Assembly (NCBI GenBank): GCA_964550965.1
Contig: CAZKCB010000002.1
Location: 1-25,176, forward strand
Source: an uncultured Oscillospiraceae bacterium
Lineage (GTDB): Bacteria > Bacillota > Clostridia > Peptostreptococcales > Anaerovoracaceae
Length of the DNA: 25,176 nt
Direction of reading: 5' to 3'
Positions 6,754 to 15,898 of the stretch are shown one piece after another. A program made the translations under genes and the position numbers. Position 1 is the stretch's first letter; each line of letters starts with the position of its first letter. The notes beneath the pieces are model-generated. The model was not told where the DNA came from and searched no databases. It saw nothing but the letters and a program-made list of their open reading frames with translations.

Positions 6754-8619
6754 CTAATTAGTCTGGCCGACCCGTTCGACTACGATAATATGAATTCCGG
6801 CGCCTTTTATCGTGGAGCTTACATTTAGGATGCCATCGATTTTTTCAAGGCGCACTTGTGCCTGCGGTTCGGTATTCAGCATGCCGACCCAAGCTTCAGT
6901 CAGAGGGGAAAATTCCGGAAACCCCAAATCAGACATATGCGCGAAAATGGAATTGGAATTTGACAAGGCATATTTTGCAATCACATATTGACCGGATAAA
7001 ATCGGAATATTGAAGTCAACGTGCAGTTCATCCATAAAGGAGCGGATGATGTCATTTGTTTCGTGGACACCGGCATTACGCATATAAAGGTGCTCTATGT
7101 CATCGTTATAATTGATCACAATAAACGTATACGAATCTTTTTCGGACAAGTCATTTTTGATTACATAGTAATTGTTTCCACAGGAAAGTATACTTCCCTT
7201 TATATTCTTAAGAAATTGGTACGCGTAAAAAGAAGGCTTTGGGACAAGACAGGAAGTGATGCAGGAAGGAGATCCCTTTAAGATCCTGGAGGGTTCACCC
7301 TGATCCCGCAATCTGCAGTGCAGTATATTTTCCTTTGAAATAAAATAGGTCCGGAATATGTGTATTGCTGCGGCGATTGAGTCATACCCAGCTGAAGAAC
7401 CGCAGTACAAACCGTTGTCGCATGCCGTTGACACTTCATATCCGCTGAAACGCAGCTGGTCTGCAATTCGTGCGCTTTCTGTTTCGCTGTCTTCCTGACG
7501 GATCGCAAGAATCACCTTAGATGCGTTAAGATCAGAAAGCAGATTGAAAAGCCGCTCACCCATGATCTGATGATCCTCTTGCGTGACAAGGACTTCAAGA
7601 GCGTGCTCGAGATCCATAACAGGCGGCACCTTTGGATCCACATCAACGGTGAGATGTGTGCGATTGATGACGGAAGAACTTTTTTCCTGATCACTGGCAG
7701 CTGACAGACATTGTTTTATGAGACTGACTGCCTGATTGTTCGGAAGCAGTTCAAGGCGTGGAGGTCTTGCGGCGCCGAGGATCTGTGAGGTATAAATCTG
7801 ACGATGTTCGAGTGGTGTATGACCAAACCATTTGCGGAAGAATTTTTCGTAATATGAGGTGGTTGAAAAGCCGACATCTCTAGCGATCACGCTGATTTTA
7901 CGATCCGTTTCCAACAGGAGGATTTCCGACATTTCAACTCTGGCGAAACAGAGAAATTCCTTAAAGTTTATGCCAATGTAATCACGGATCAGATGGGAGA
8001 CGTAAAAGGTACTTAAGTGCTCTCTTTCGGCCAATTCTTCAAGCGAGATCTTGCTGGCGTGGTTCGCGTATACATAGTTTATGATCCGGCTGATCCGCTC
8101 GACGATGACCGGATTATCATTGTTGAAATTTACAACAACCTCACCTTCGAAAGCAAATAAGTTGTAATGCTGGTTGAGGTATTTGATTGCGTCGATCATC
8201 TGCTCGATACAGGTGCTTTTATAGTTAAAACTTCTTTTTGAATAATCCAGCAAAATATGAAGCAGTATTTTCTGGAGCACATCCAACTTAAGATGTTTAT
8301 CCTTATTTACATATGTCATAAAACATGCCTTAGTCAAAGCCGGAAAATATTTTGTAAAAAAGCGATTGCTGACCTGCACGATTGCCACAACGCATTCTTG
8401 ATCTGTCGCGGTCAAACCGTGAATTTCATGGCCGCTGTTGGTAAAAATATCTCCTTCTTTTAGAAGATAATGATGACATACGTTTTTCAGACGGATCTCA
8501 CCCTTGAGAACATAGATAAAGTCAACATCCAGATGATAATGGATCGGATATTCCGTAACCTTTGCAATTCTTATGTTTAGTGGAAAGTCGTCAAGATATG
8601 TTGTTTTTTCAAGTAACAC
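6754..8619 (-). CDS. AraC-family regulator: N-terminal cupin, central HTH pair, C-terminal degenerate GH39-like domain (621 aa)
   Basis: GTG start at 8619 with AAGGAGG. HYHLDVDFIYVLKG cupin; ISLEELAERE..S.FY.SH and GFS.TSYY.K.F.K.FG.TP HTHs; KPSFYAYQFL, typical of GH39-like C-termini. Confidence 0.85.
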   Translation of the reverse strand: MLLEKTTYLDDFPLNIRIAKVTEYPIHYHLDVDFIYVLKGEIRLKNVCHHYLLKEGDIFTNSGHEIHGLTATDQECVVAIVQVSNRFFTKYFPALTKACFMTYVNKDKHLKLDVLQKILLHILLDYSKRSFNYKSTCIEQMIDAIKYLNQHYNLFAFEGEVVVNFNNDNPVIVERISRIINYVYANHASKISLEELAEREHLSTFYVSHLIRDYIGINFKEFLCFARVEMSEILLLETDRKISVIARDVGFSTTSYYEKFFRKWFGHTPLEHRQIYTSQILGAARPPRLELLPNNQAVSLIKQCLSAASDQEKSSSVINRTHLTVDVDPKVPPVMDLEHALEVLVTQEDHQIMGERLFNLLSDLNASKVILAIRQEDSETESARIADQLRFSGYEVSTACDNGLYCGSSAGYDSIAAAIHIFRTYFISKENILHCRLRDQGEPSRILKGSPSCITSCLVPKPSFYAYQFLKNIKGSILSCGNNYYVIKNDLSEKDSYTFIVINYNDDIEHLYMRNAGVHETNDIIRSFMDELHVDFNIPILSGQYVIAKYALSNSNSIFAHMSDLGFPEFSPLTEAWVGMLNTEPQAQVRLEKIDGILNVSSTIKGAGIHIIVVERVGQTN

Positions 8620-8652
8620 GAGAAATACCTCCTTTGACCGCTCTAAATGTAT

Positions 8653-8680
8653 ATTATACACCGAATTTGCATAACGACAA
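8653..8680 (-). promoter_or_regulatory. Candidate sigma-A promoter for the araC gene
   Basis: Minus strand TTGTCG-N16-TATAAT, 33 nt upstream of the GTG. Confidence 0.5.
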
Positions 8681-8712
8681 CAAGACAATTAGAAAAATTA
8701 GCAAGTCAGTTC

Positions 8713-8741
8713 TTGTCTTCTACTCCCTCAAATTATATGAT
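8713..8741 (+). promoter_or_regulatory. Candidate sigma-A promoter for the GRE operon
   Basis: TTGTCT (8713-8718)-N17-TATGAT (8736-8741), 40 nt before the ATG at 8782. Confidence 0.55.
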
Positions 8742-8781
8742 AAACGGAATCAAGCGGTTGAAAAACCAGAAGGAGGACCAA

Positions 8782-11154
8782 ATGCTAACATCGAGAGTTC
8801 AGAAAATGCGGGAAAAGCTTTTCAACACGATTCCAACAATCACAGCAGAGAGACTGGTCCTGGCAACGGAAGCCTATCAGAAATTTGCCGGTGATGCGGT
8901 TCCTATTTTCAGAGCCAAGGTGGTCAACTACATCATGGAGAACATGACAACACTGATCATGGATGATGAACTGATCGTAGGAACAGCAACAAATGCATAT
9001 CGTGGTTCCAATCTGCATCCCGAATTTCAGTCAAGTTCATGGTATCTCAGTGATATTGACGAATTTTCAAGCAGAAGCAAGGACCCCTGCAATATTTCCC
9101 CGGAAGACAAAGCGACGATCGTAGAAACGCTCAAGTACTGGGAAGGGAAGTCCATGGAAGACCTGGCAGAGATCATAATGCCGGCATCCATTCGCGAACT
9201 CCAAAAAGACGACGTTATTTGCGTAGGCCTTCAGAATGGTGTCTCAGGGGAAACGACCTGCGATCACGAAAAGATCCTGACGGTAGGAATCAGAGGGTAC
9301 ATCGAAGAGTGCCAAAGAAACATCGAGAACACCCTTCCTCAGACCATGGAGGATCAAGCTAAGGTGGATTTTTGGAAGGCTTGCATCATCCAGAGCGAAG
9401 GCCTGATCACATACGCGCATAGAATGGCAGACGAAGCCGAAAGAATGGCAAAAGAATGCACAGACACGAAAAGAAAGCAGGAGCTTCTTACGATTGCAGA
9501 AAACTGCAGGATCATTCCGGAAAACCCACCGCAGAGTTTTCAGCAGGCGCTTCAGACCGTCTGGTTCGTGCATGTCTATTTCTACATTGAAGTTTGCACT
9601 ACTGCATGCGGATTCGGCAGATTTGACCAGTACATGTGGCCATTCTACAAAAAGGACGTGATCGACGAGAAGAACATCACAAGAGAAGAAGCCTTGGAAA
9701 TGCTGGAATGCTGTTATCTCAAGGCTTGTGAAGTATATGAAGTAAGAGACAACTGGTATGCAACCGCATTCGCAGGTTATCCCATGTGGCAGATCCTTGT
9801 TGTGGGCGGACAGACGAGAGACGGTAAAGATGCATCAAATGACTTATCGTTCCTCTGTCTGGAAGCAGCAGATGAGCTCCGAACAACACAGCCTGTCATG
9901 GCACTGCGGGTCTTTCCCGAAACGCCGCACGAACTGATCGAGTTCGGCTGCAAGATGATTCAGGAAGGTCAGGCAAACCCGGGATTTTTTAACGATGAAA
10001 CCGCAATCAAGATGGCTCTTGGCAAGGGAGGCACTTTAGAAGAAGCACGAGACTGGACCATCGTTGGCTGTATTCAGGCAGGACCTGGGGGCGGCGGAAC
10101 AGATGGTTCCCCTGATGCCGGATACGTTAACATGGGCAAGATGATCGAGTTCGTTCTGCATAACGGCCTTGACCCTGTTACAGGAAAGCTCATGGGGCTC
10201 GAAACCGGAGACCCCAGAGAATTCAAGAACATCGAAGAATTCAAGGATGCGCTCAAAAAGCAGATCATCCATCATTACGATCTCATCAGGATCGGCTACA
10301 ACCTGATGCAGAGCAACCACATGAATCGTTACCCTGTCATCTTCGCATCGATGGTAACCAGAGGCTGCGTGGAAAGCGGCAGATCCGTACAGAACGGTGG
10401 AGCACAGTACTCGACAGCTGGCATGTACGTTACAGGGGCAGCGAACCTTGCAGACTCCATCGCAGCAGTAGAAAAGTGTGTATTCGAGGATCAGGACCTG
10501 ACAATGGATGAACTGATCAAGGCCTGCGACACAAACTTCGAAGGACAGGAAAGAGTACGCCAGCTTCTGCTGAATAAACCCGGAAAATACGGGAACAACC
10601 AGGACCACGTTGATAGCATCTACAAGGAAATGATGCACCATATTGCGAATATGGTTCAGGGCTGGAATGACGCCAGAGGCGGACATTACAGTTTTGGAAT
10701 CGACTCACAGACGATGAATATTCCACATGGTGCCGTTACAGGCGCACTCCCGGATGGAAGGCTTGCAGGCGAATCATTTTGCGATGCTGCTTCTCCAATG
10801 ATGGGCAGAGACATCAACGGCCCGACTGCTACCGTTAAGTCGGTTGGCGGCATTGGACAGGAAGTATTACAGGAAGGTGCACTGTTCAACCTGCGCTTTG
10901 ATCCGAAGGGGGTTCAGGGAGAAAGCGGGCGGAATATTATCGGAGGCGTGATCAAGACATTCTTCGAAGATGGCGGCGAACATATACAGATCAATGTTGT
11001 AGACAATGAAACCCTCAAAAAGGCACAGGAAAAACCTGAGAACTACAAGGGGCTCATGGTTCGTGTAGCAGGATACATGGCATACTTCACAGAACTGGAT
11101 AAGAGCGCCCAGGATGTAATTATCAACAGAACTGCGCACTTATCGCAGAATTAG
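8782..11154 (+). CDS. Glycyl radical enzyme (PFL2/dehydratase-like superfamily), substrate unknown (790 aa)
   Basis: ATG 8782 with AGGAGG. Glycyl loop RVAGY (11062-11076), thiyl loop GCIQ (10066-10077), GRFDQY and AFAGYPMWQ.L.VGG; adjacent activase. Confidence 0.92.
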   Translation: MLTSRVQKMREKLFNTIPTITAERLVLATEAYQKFAGDAVPIFRAKVVNYIMENMTTLIMDDELIVGTATNAYRGSNLHPEFQSSSWYLSDIDEFSSRSKDPCNISPEDKATIVETLKYWEGKSMEDLAEIIMPASIRELQKDDVICVGLQNGVSGETTCDHEKILTVGIRGYIEECQRNIENTLPQTMEDQAKVDFWKACIIQSEGLITYAHRMADEAERMAKECTDTKRKQELLTIAENCRIIPENPPQSFQQALQTVWFVHVYFYIEVCTTACGFGRFDQYMWPFYKKDVIDEKNITREEALEMLECCYLKACEVYEVRDNWYATAFAGYPMWQILVVGGQTRDGKDASNDLSFLCLEAADELRTTQPVMALRVFPETPHELIEFGCKMIQEGQANPGFFNDETAIKMALGKGGTLEEARDWTIVGCIQAGPGGGGTDGSPDAGYVNMGKMIEFVLHNGLDPVTGKLMGLETGDPREFKNIEEFKDALKKQIIHHYDLIRIGYNLMQSNHMNRYPVIFASMVTRGCVESGRSVQNGGAQYSTAGMYVTGAANLADSIAAVEKCVFEDQDLTMDELIKACDTNFEGQERVRQLLLNKPGKYGNNQDHVDSIYKEMMHHIANMVQGWNDARGGHYSFGIDSQTMNIPHGAVTGALPDGRLAGESFCDAASPMMGRDINGPTATVKSVGGIGQEVLQEGALFNLRFDPKGVQGESGRNIIGGVIKTFFEDGGEHIQINVVDNETLKKAQEKPENYKGLMVRVAGYMAYFTELDKSAQDVIINRTAHLSQN

Positions 11155-11174
11155 TATAACGGGGGATCATTTCA

Positions 11175-12110
11175 ATGAGTAATATGCCTGAAAGCGTTCT
11201 TGTGGGAAACCTTCAGAAATTCTCTATAGAAGACGGTCCCGGCATCAGAACGACGGTATTCCTGAAGGGCTGCCCACTCAGCTGTAAGTGGTGTCACAAT
11301 CCTGAGTTGATCGACCCGAAGCAGCAGCTGATCAAGTCACCAAACAACTGCATCGGATGTGGATACTGCATCAGGATATGCCCAAAGGCTGCATTGACGC
11401 TGGACCCGGAAGCGGAAGTAGTCATTGACAGATCCAAATGCGATGTGTGCCTCAAGTGTGCAGATGAGTGCTACGCAAAAGGTTAAAGACCTGTAGCTAA
11501 GCCAATGACCATCGATGAAATACTTGACATCGCGGGGCAGGATAAAGGCTTCTATAATAACACAGGGGGCGGCATTACCGTCAGCGGAGGAGAAATCCTC
11601 ATGCACGTAGGGTTTGTCAGCAAGCTCATCGAGGAAGCGGGAAAACGAGGCATCAACGTGTGTCTGGATACCTGTGGCTTCGGAGATTCAAGGGCGCTTA
11701 TGGAAATGGCGCTAGCGGAAAACGTCACGAACATTCTTTATGATATGAAGTCAATTGACGACGAAGTTCACAGAGAGTACACGGGAGTGAGTAATCAGCT
11801 GATCCTTGACAACCTGAGAATGCTCGCAGCAGATGCAAAAACTTTGGATAAGCTGATCATGAGAATGCCTCTCATCAAGGGCGTGAATGACAGCGACGAC
11901 ATCATTAAGCACACGGGCGAGCTTTACAGAGAAATCGGAGTGAAACGACTGGATCTGCTCCCATATCACAGCCTTGGCATCAGCAAGGAAAGAAATGTGG
12001 GTGGCACACAGGAGGAACTCGAACCGCCGACCGAAGAGCGTCTGAAAGAAATAGAACTGTATTTCAGAAATGAAATGGATTTGAATGTGGGAATAATGGG
12101 TCAATTATAA
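11175..12110 (+). pseudogene. GRE-activating radical SAM enzyme with ferredoxin-like insert, split by one in-frame TAA at 11484-11486
   Basis: GPGIRTTVFLKGCPLSCKWCHNPE (CX3CX2C), two CX2CX2CX3C clusters, SGGE, DTCG, RMPLI, LLPYH. Both ORF halves share one frame. True pseudogene versus base-call error unresolved. Confidence 0.85.
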
Positions 12111-12147
12111 AAATTATTTATTGCTAGTTTAAGAGGAAGGAAACATT

Positions 12148-13560
12148 ATGGACGGGACTAATTTAGGAATCATCACCTTAATTCCGGCACTGGGCTTCTT
12201 AGTATTCGCTCTGGTGACTAAGAAGTGTATTCTGAGTATCATGTTATCTGGTATACTCGGGTACATCTTTTACTACAAAGCAGGGTTCTTCATGCCAACG
12301 ATCGACGCATTGCTCGCGGCATCGACCGATGGGGACAACAACTATATCGTAATCATTTGTTTGCTGTTCGGGTGCTTCGTACAGCTGCTCAGACAGTCAA
12401 AGGGAGCTGTGGCAATATGTGACATAGCCAGAAAGTACATTAAGACAGAAAAACAAGTACTGCTGATGACGTGGATCTGCGGAGTGATCATATTCATCGA
12501 TGACTACCTCAGCATCCTGGTTACCGCAAATTGTACACTTCCCCTTGCGGATGAACACAAGGTGCCCAGAGAAATGATGTGCTACATCATCAATACAACC
12601 TCGGCTCCGGTTTGTCTGATCATACCGATTTCCGCATGGGTCGTATTCTTCTCGGGAATCTTTGGGCAACAGAAAGAGGCAGCAGTAGTTGGTGACAGTG
12701 CAATGAGCATTTATTACCATATCATGCCATACTTCTTCTATCCGTTCCTTTGTGTATTCTTCGTGCTCTTCGTCATTCTGGGAGTCGTTCCGAAAATGGG
12801 CGGCATTAAGAAAGCCTACCAGAGAGTTGCCGAAACCGGACAGCTTTGGCCGCCGTCCAGCAACATGCAAAACCAGGGCGATGAACTGGGTGACGTAATG
12901 GGGGCCATCTCGGATTGTAATGCAAAGGAAGAAAAAGAAGTAAAACCGCATCTTTGGGCGTTCCTCGTGCCGATGGCAGTGGTGATCATCTCAACATTAT
13001 GGCTGGACGATATCCTTTATGGAGTCAGCCTGGGAATTTTCTCTTGTTTCGTTTTGTTTGTTCCCACCAGGATTATGAGTCTTGGCAAGTTCTGCGATGC
13101 CTGCTATAAGGGTCTTGAAGATATGCTATTTATCGCAGTTGTGCTTGTTACATCCTTATTCTATCGGGAATCCATCAACCTGATCGGCTTGCCTGACTAT
13201 CTGATTACTGTTGCAGGACCCTATATGAGTGCAGAATGGCTTCCTGCGATCTCCTTCCTGCTCATTGGTCTTGTATGCTTTGCAACCGGAAATATCTGGA
13301 GTATCCCTGCGGTATGTACCCCAATCATTTTACCGCTGGCTGCTGCAAGCGGTGCAAGCATTCCACTCACACTCGGAGCCATTATTTCAGCGGCCTGCTT
13401 TGGTGCACAGGCTTGCTTCTACTCGGACGTAACGCTGTTGTCGGCTTCAGCATGCAAAATCAATAACGTAGATTATGCGGTTGCACAGTTGCCATACATA
13501 GGAATTGTCACCGCAATATCATTCATCGGCTATGTGGTCTTTGGATTCGCATTGTCGTAA
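12148..13560 (+). CDS. NhaC-family (Na+/H+ antiporter-like) solute transporter
   Basis: 470 aa, many TM segments, IFIDDYLSIL motif, GN.WS, Q...YSDVT.LSA. RBS GAGGAAGG. Confidence 0.8.
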   Translation: MDGTNLGIITLIPALGFLVFALVTKKCILSIMLSGILGYIFYYKAGFFMPTIDALLAASTDGDNNYIVIICLLFGCFVQLLRQSKGAVAICDIARKYIKTEKQVLLMTWICGVIIFIDDYLSILVTANCTLPLADEHKVPREMMCYIINTTSAPVCLIIPISAWVVFFSGIFGQQKEAAVVGDSAMSIYYHIMPYFFYPFLCVFFVLFVILGVVPKMGGIKKAYQRVAETGQLWPPSSNMQNQGDELGDVMGAISDCNAKEEKEVKPHLWAFLVPMAVVIISTLWLDDILYGVSLGIFSCFVLFVPTRIMSLGKFCDACYKGLEDMLFIAVVLVTSLFYRESINLIGLPDYLITVAGPYMSAEWLPAISFLLIGLVCFATGNIWSIPAVCTPIILPLAAASGASIPLTLGAIISAACFGAQACFYSDVTLLSASACKINNVDYAVAQLPYIGIVTAISFIGYVVFGFALS

Positions 13561-13594
13561 ATAACAACGGCAGCTACACTGCAAATAAAAAACA

Positions 13595-13651
13595 CCCTAA
13601 CCTACGAACAACTCCAGATTTATAGTCTGGAGTTGTTTGTACGTTTTAGGG
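13595..13651 (+). terminator. Probable terminator of the GRE operon
   Basis: TACGAACAACTCCAGA / TCTGGAGTTGTTTGTA 16-bp stem (13603-13641) inside an outer CCCTAA/TTAGGG pair. Confidence 0.75.
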
Positions 13652-13675
13652 GAGAAAAAAAACAAATGGAGCTAT

Positions 13676-13704
13676 TTGTATTTGAATATATAAACTGGTA
13701 CAAT
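13676..13704 (+). promoter_or_regulatory. Candidate sigma-A promoter for the downstream gene run
   Basis: TTGTAT-N17-TACAAT with extended -10 TG at 13696-13697. Confidence 0.6.
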
Positions 13705-13780
13705 GGAGTAATTAAGACCAAATATTAGGCGGGAAATTAAAAATACTGGGAGAAGAAGCCCTGAACGGTTGGGAAGAATT

Positions 13781-14182
13781 ATGGAAAGAACAAAAATAAA
13801 TTATAATAATATAGAGGATTACCTTCTGAATTTTCCACAGGATGTACAGGCAAAGCTTAGAGCGATGAGAGCGACTATCGTTGCAGCAGCTCCTGATGCA
13901 GTAGAAAAAATCAGTTACCAGATGCCGACCTTTGTATTGGAAGGAAATCTGGTTCACTTTGCAGCATTTAAGAACCATATAGGTTTTTATCCGACGCCGA
14001 GTGCAATCGTAGAATTTTGTGAGCAATTAAAAGCTTATAAATGCTCAAAAGGGGCAATTCAATTTCCTTTGGATATGCCTTTGCCACTTGAACTGATAGA
14101 GCAAATTGTAAAATTTAGAGTTGGGGAAAACCTCAAAAAACATGAAGAAAAAACAGGAAAATCGAAAAGAAGGAACACATGA
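13781..14182 (+). CDS. DUF1801 / YdhG-like (iron-chaperone-like) protein
   Basis: AAPDAVEKISYQMPTF, LVHFAAFKNHIGFYP, KGAIQFP.D.PLP. ATG 13781 preferred over TTG 13769. Confidence 0.85.
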   Translation: MERTKINYNNIEDYLLNFPQDVQAKLRAMRATIVAAAPDAVEKISYQMPTFVLEGNLVHFAAFKNHIGFYPTPSAIVEFCEQLKAYKCSKGAIQFPLDMPLPLELIEQIVKFRVGENLKKHEEKTGKSKRRNT

Positions 14183-14994
14183 AAATCATGAAACCTCTTG
14201 AAAGAAGTAGATTAAGAATACTGTGCGGGAGAACCTGTTATACTGTATTGAGATACTTTGAATGGCATTTCAGTGATAAGAGATATTCAAAAATGAAGGG
14301 GAAAGAAATACTCCCGCATGTTATTTTTTCGCACGAAACGCCACTGTTTCGTGAATTGAAAAACGTGGATATGTGGCTGCAAGATAATAAAATCAATAAC
14401 CTTAAAATTGCAGTGGAAAGAGTAAACGGAATACTTATACATCCTGGAGAAACCTTTTCATATTGGAAACTGATCGGAAATCCAACAGCACGAAAAGGAT
14501 ACATGAAGGGCATGGTTTTATTCTATGGCGGCTTTAAGGCAGGTACGGGCGGCGGCTTATGCCAGCTATCGAATTTGATCTATTGGATGACAATACATAC
14601 TCCATTGAACGTGACTGAAAGACATAGACACAGCTATGATGTTTTTCCGGATTCAAATCGGACGCAACCTTTTGGCAGCGGAGCAACCTGTGTATATAAC
14701 TATAGAGATTTACAAATACGCAATGATACAAACCAAACATATCAATTGCAGCTACAAGTAACAGATAAAGACCTTTGCGGAGAGTGGAGAAGCACAGAAG
14801 AGCAAGAAAGTAAATTTGAAATATATGAGAAGGAACACAGAATAACACACGAATGGTGGGGCGGGTACATACGCCACAATCTTCTTCACAGGAAAGAATA
14901 TGACTCGGAGGGTGCATTGGTTGCAGATGCATATTTGACAGAGAACCACGCCATTATGATGTATCAGCCATTTTTAAGTGATGGCAAAGAGTAA
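14179..14994 (+). CDS. vanW: VanW-family protein
   Basis: NK..NL..A...NG..I.PGETFS, GGGLCQLSNL, ERH.HS, DLQIRNDT. ATGA overlap with the upstream gene. Family-level call only. Confidence 0.85.
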   Translation: MKIMKPLERSRLRILCGRTCYTVLRYFEWHFSDKRYSKMKGKEILPHVIFSHETPLFRELKNVDMWLQDNKINNLKIAVERVNGILIHPGETFSYWKLIGNPTARKGYMKGMVLFYGGFKAGTGGGLCQLSNLIYWMTIHTPLNVTERHRHSYDVFPDSNRTQPFGSGATCVYNYRDLQIRNDTNQTYQLQLQVTDKDLCGEWRSTEEQESKFEIYEKEHRITHEWWGGYIRHNLLHRKEYDSEGALVADAYLTENHAIMMYQPFLSDGKE

Positions 14995-15055
14995 CTTGGT
15001 CTTCATTTGTTATTGGATTTTTCAATTACCTATTTAAAGATGGAGGTTATTCCAA

Positions 15056-15841
15056 ATGCTTGAAGTAAAGAAAAATGAAATGTGCAATATCGCAGATTTA
15101 TTTAAAGGTTTTGAGGATTCTATGGTAATTGCTTGTCTTCAAGGATATATGGGCAGAGCATATGTTGACAGGCTATCAGATCCGACGATTGCGATGATAG
15201 TAAGTGGAGAATATAGTTTTTTTGCTGGGAATGCAAAAATGGAAGCGGCCAAAGCATTAGTAGAAAATATCTTTGAGTATATCGGGGAAGCTTCTACTGT
15301 AGCCATATACGCAGATGATAATTTGGAGTGGAGAGATCTCCTGCTATCAGTGCCTGAGAATAATCCGGTAGAAGTTGCCAGATACGGCATAGTCCAAAAG
15401 GACTATGAATTTAATATATATGCATTGAATAATTTTATTGATTCAATGCCTGAAGGTTATGAATTAAAGAGATTCGATAAACAGATATATGAACAGGCTA
15501 TGAGTGAGACCTGGTCTAAGGAGTTTTGCGAAACCTTCGATTCGGTAGAAGATTACTTGGAAAAGGGATTTGGATTTGGCGCATTATATCAGGGGAAGTT
15601 GGTTGCTGGCGCTTCAACAATGACGGTTTATGATGGCGGAATTGAAGTTCAAGTTGCAACAAAAGACGAATTTCAACGTAAAGGTTTAGCAATGCCTTGT
15701 GCGTCAGCGCTATTACTCGAATGTATGTATAGAAAAATTCGGCCTTGCTGGGATGCGGCCACATTGATTTCTAAGCATATGGCTTTGAAATTAGGATATG
15801 AATACAAGGGAGAGTATTCTACAGTGCATATGCGTATTTGA
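15056..15841 (+). CDS. GNAT family acetyltransferase (GNAT_acetyltran-like)
   Basis: G.GFG..Y.GK.VAGAS, IEV.VAT...FQRKGLA, P.WDA....S..MA.KLGY. RBS GGAGG. Confidence 0.85.
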   Translation: MLEVKKNEMCNIADLFKGFEDSMVIACLQGYMGRAYVDRLSDPTIAMIVSGEYSFFAGNAKMEAAKALVENIFEYIGEASTVAIYADDNLEWRDLLLSVPENNPVEVARYGIVQKDYEFNIYALNNFIDSMPEGYELKRFDKQIYEQAMSETWSKEFCETFDSVEDYLEKGFGFGALYQGKLVAGASTMTVYDGGIEVQVATKDEFQRKGLAMPCASALLLECMYRKIRPCWDAATLISKHMALKLGYEYKGEYSTVHMRI

Positions 15842-15898
15842 TGTTGGCAATATATATTTACAGTTCGACGCAAAGGCGCCACAAAACGGAGGGAAAAT

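Noticed and set aside
8647-8781. N-terminal extensions of the GRE (from 8647) and of AraC (to 8688) in the ORF track
   Set aside because: They overlap each other and the promoter region; strong SD sequences support 8782 and 8619.
7021-13466. Numerous short antisense/overlapping ORFs in the GRE locus and elsewhere
   Set aside because: Shadow frames of long, well-supported genes with no SD or recognisable motifs.
8782-13560. GRE microcompartment locus, or assignment as pflB/cutC/hypD
   Set aside because: No shell genes; lacks the PFL Cys-Cys and the Cys-x-Glu of CutC/HypD.
14179-14994. Vancomycin resistance cluster
   Set aside because: Only a VanW-family gene; no ligase, vanH, vanX/Y or linked vanRS.
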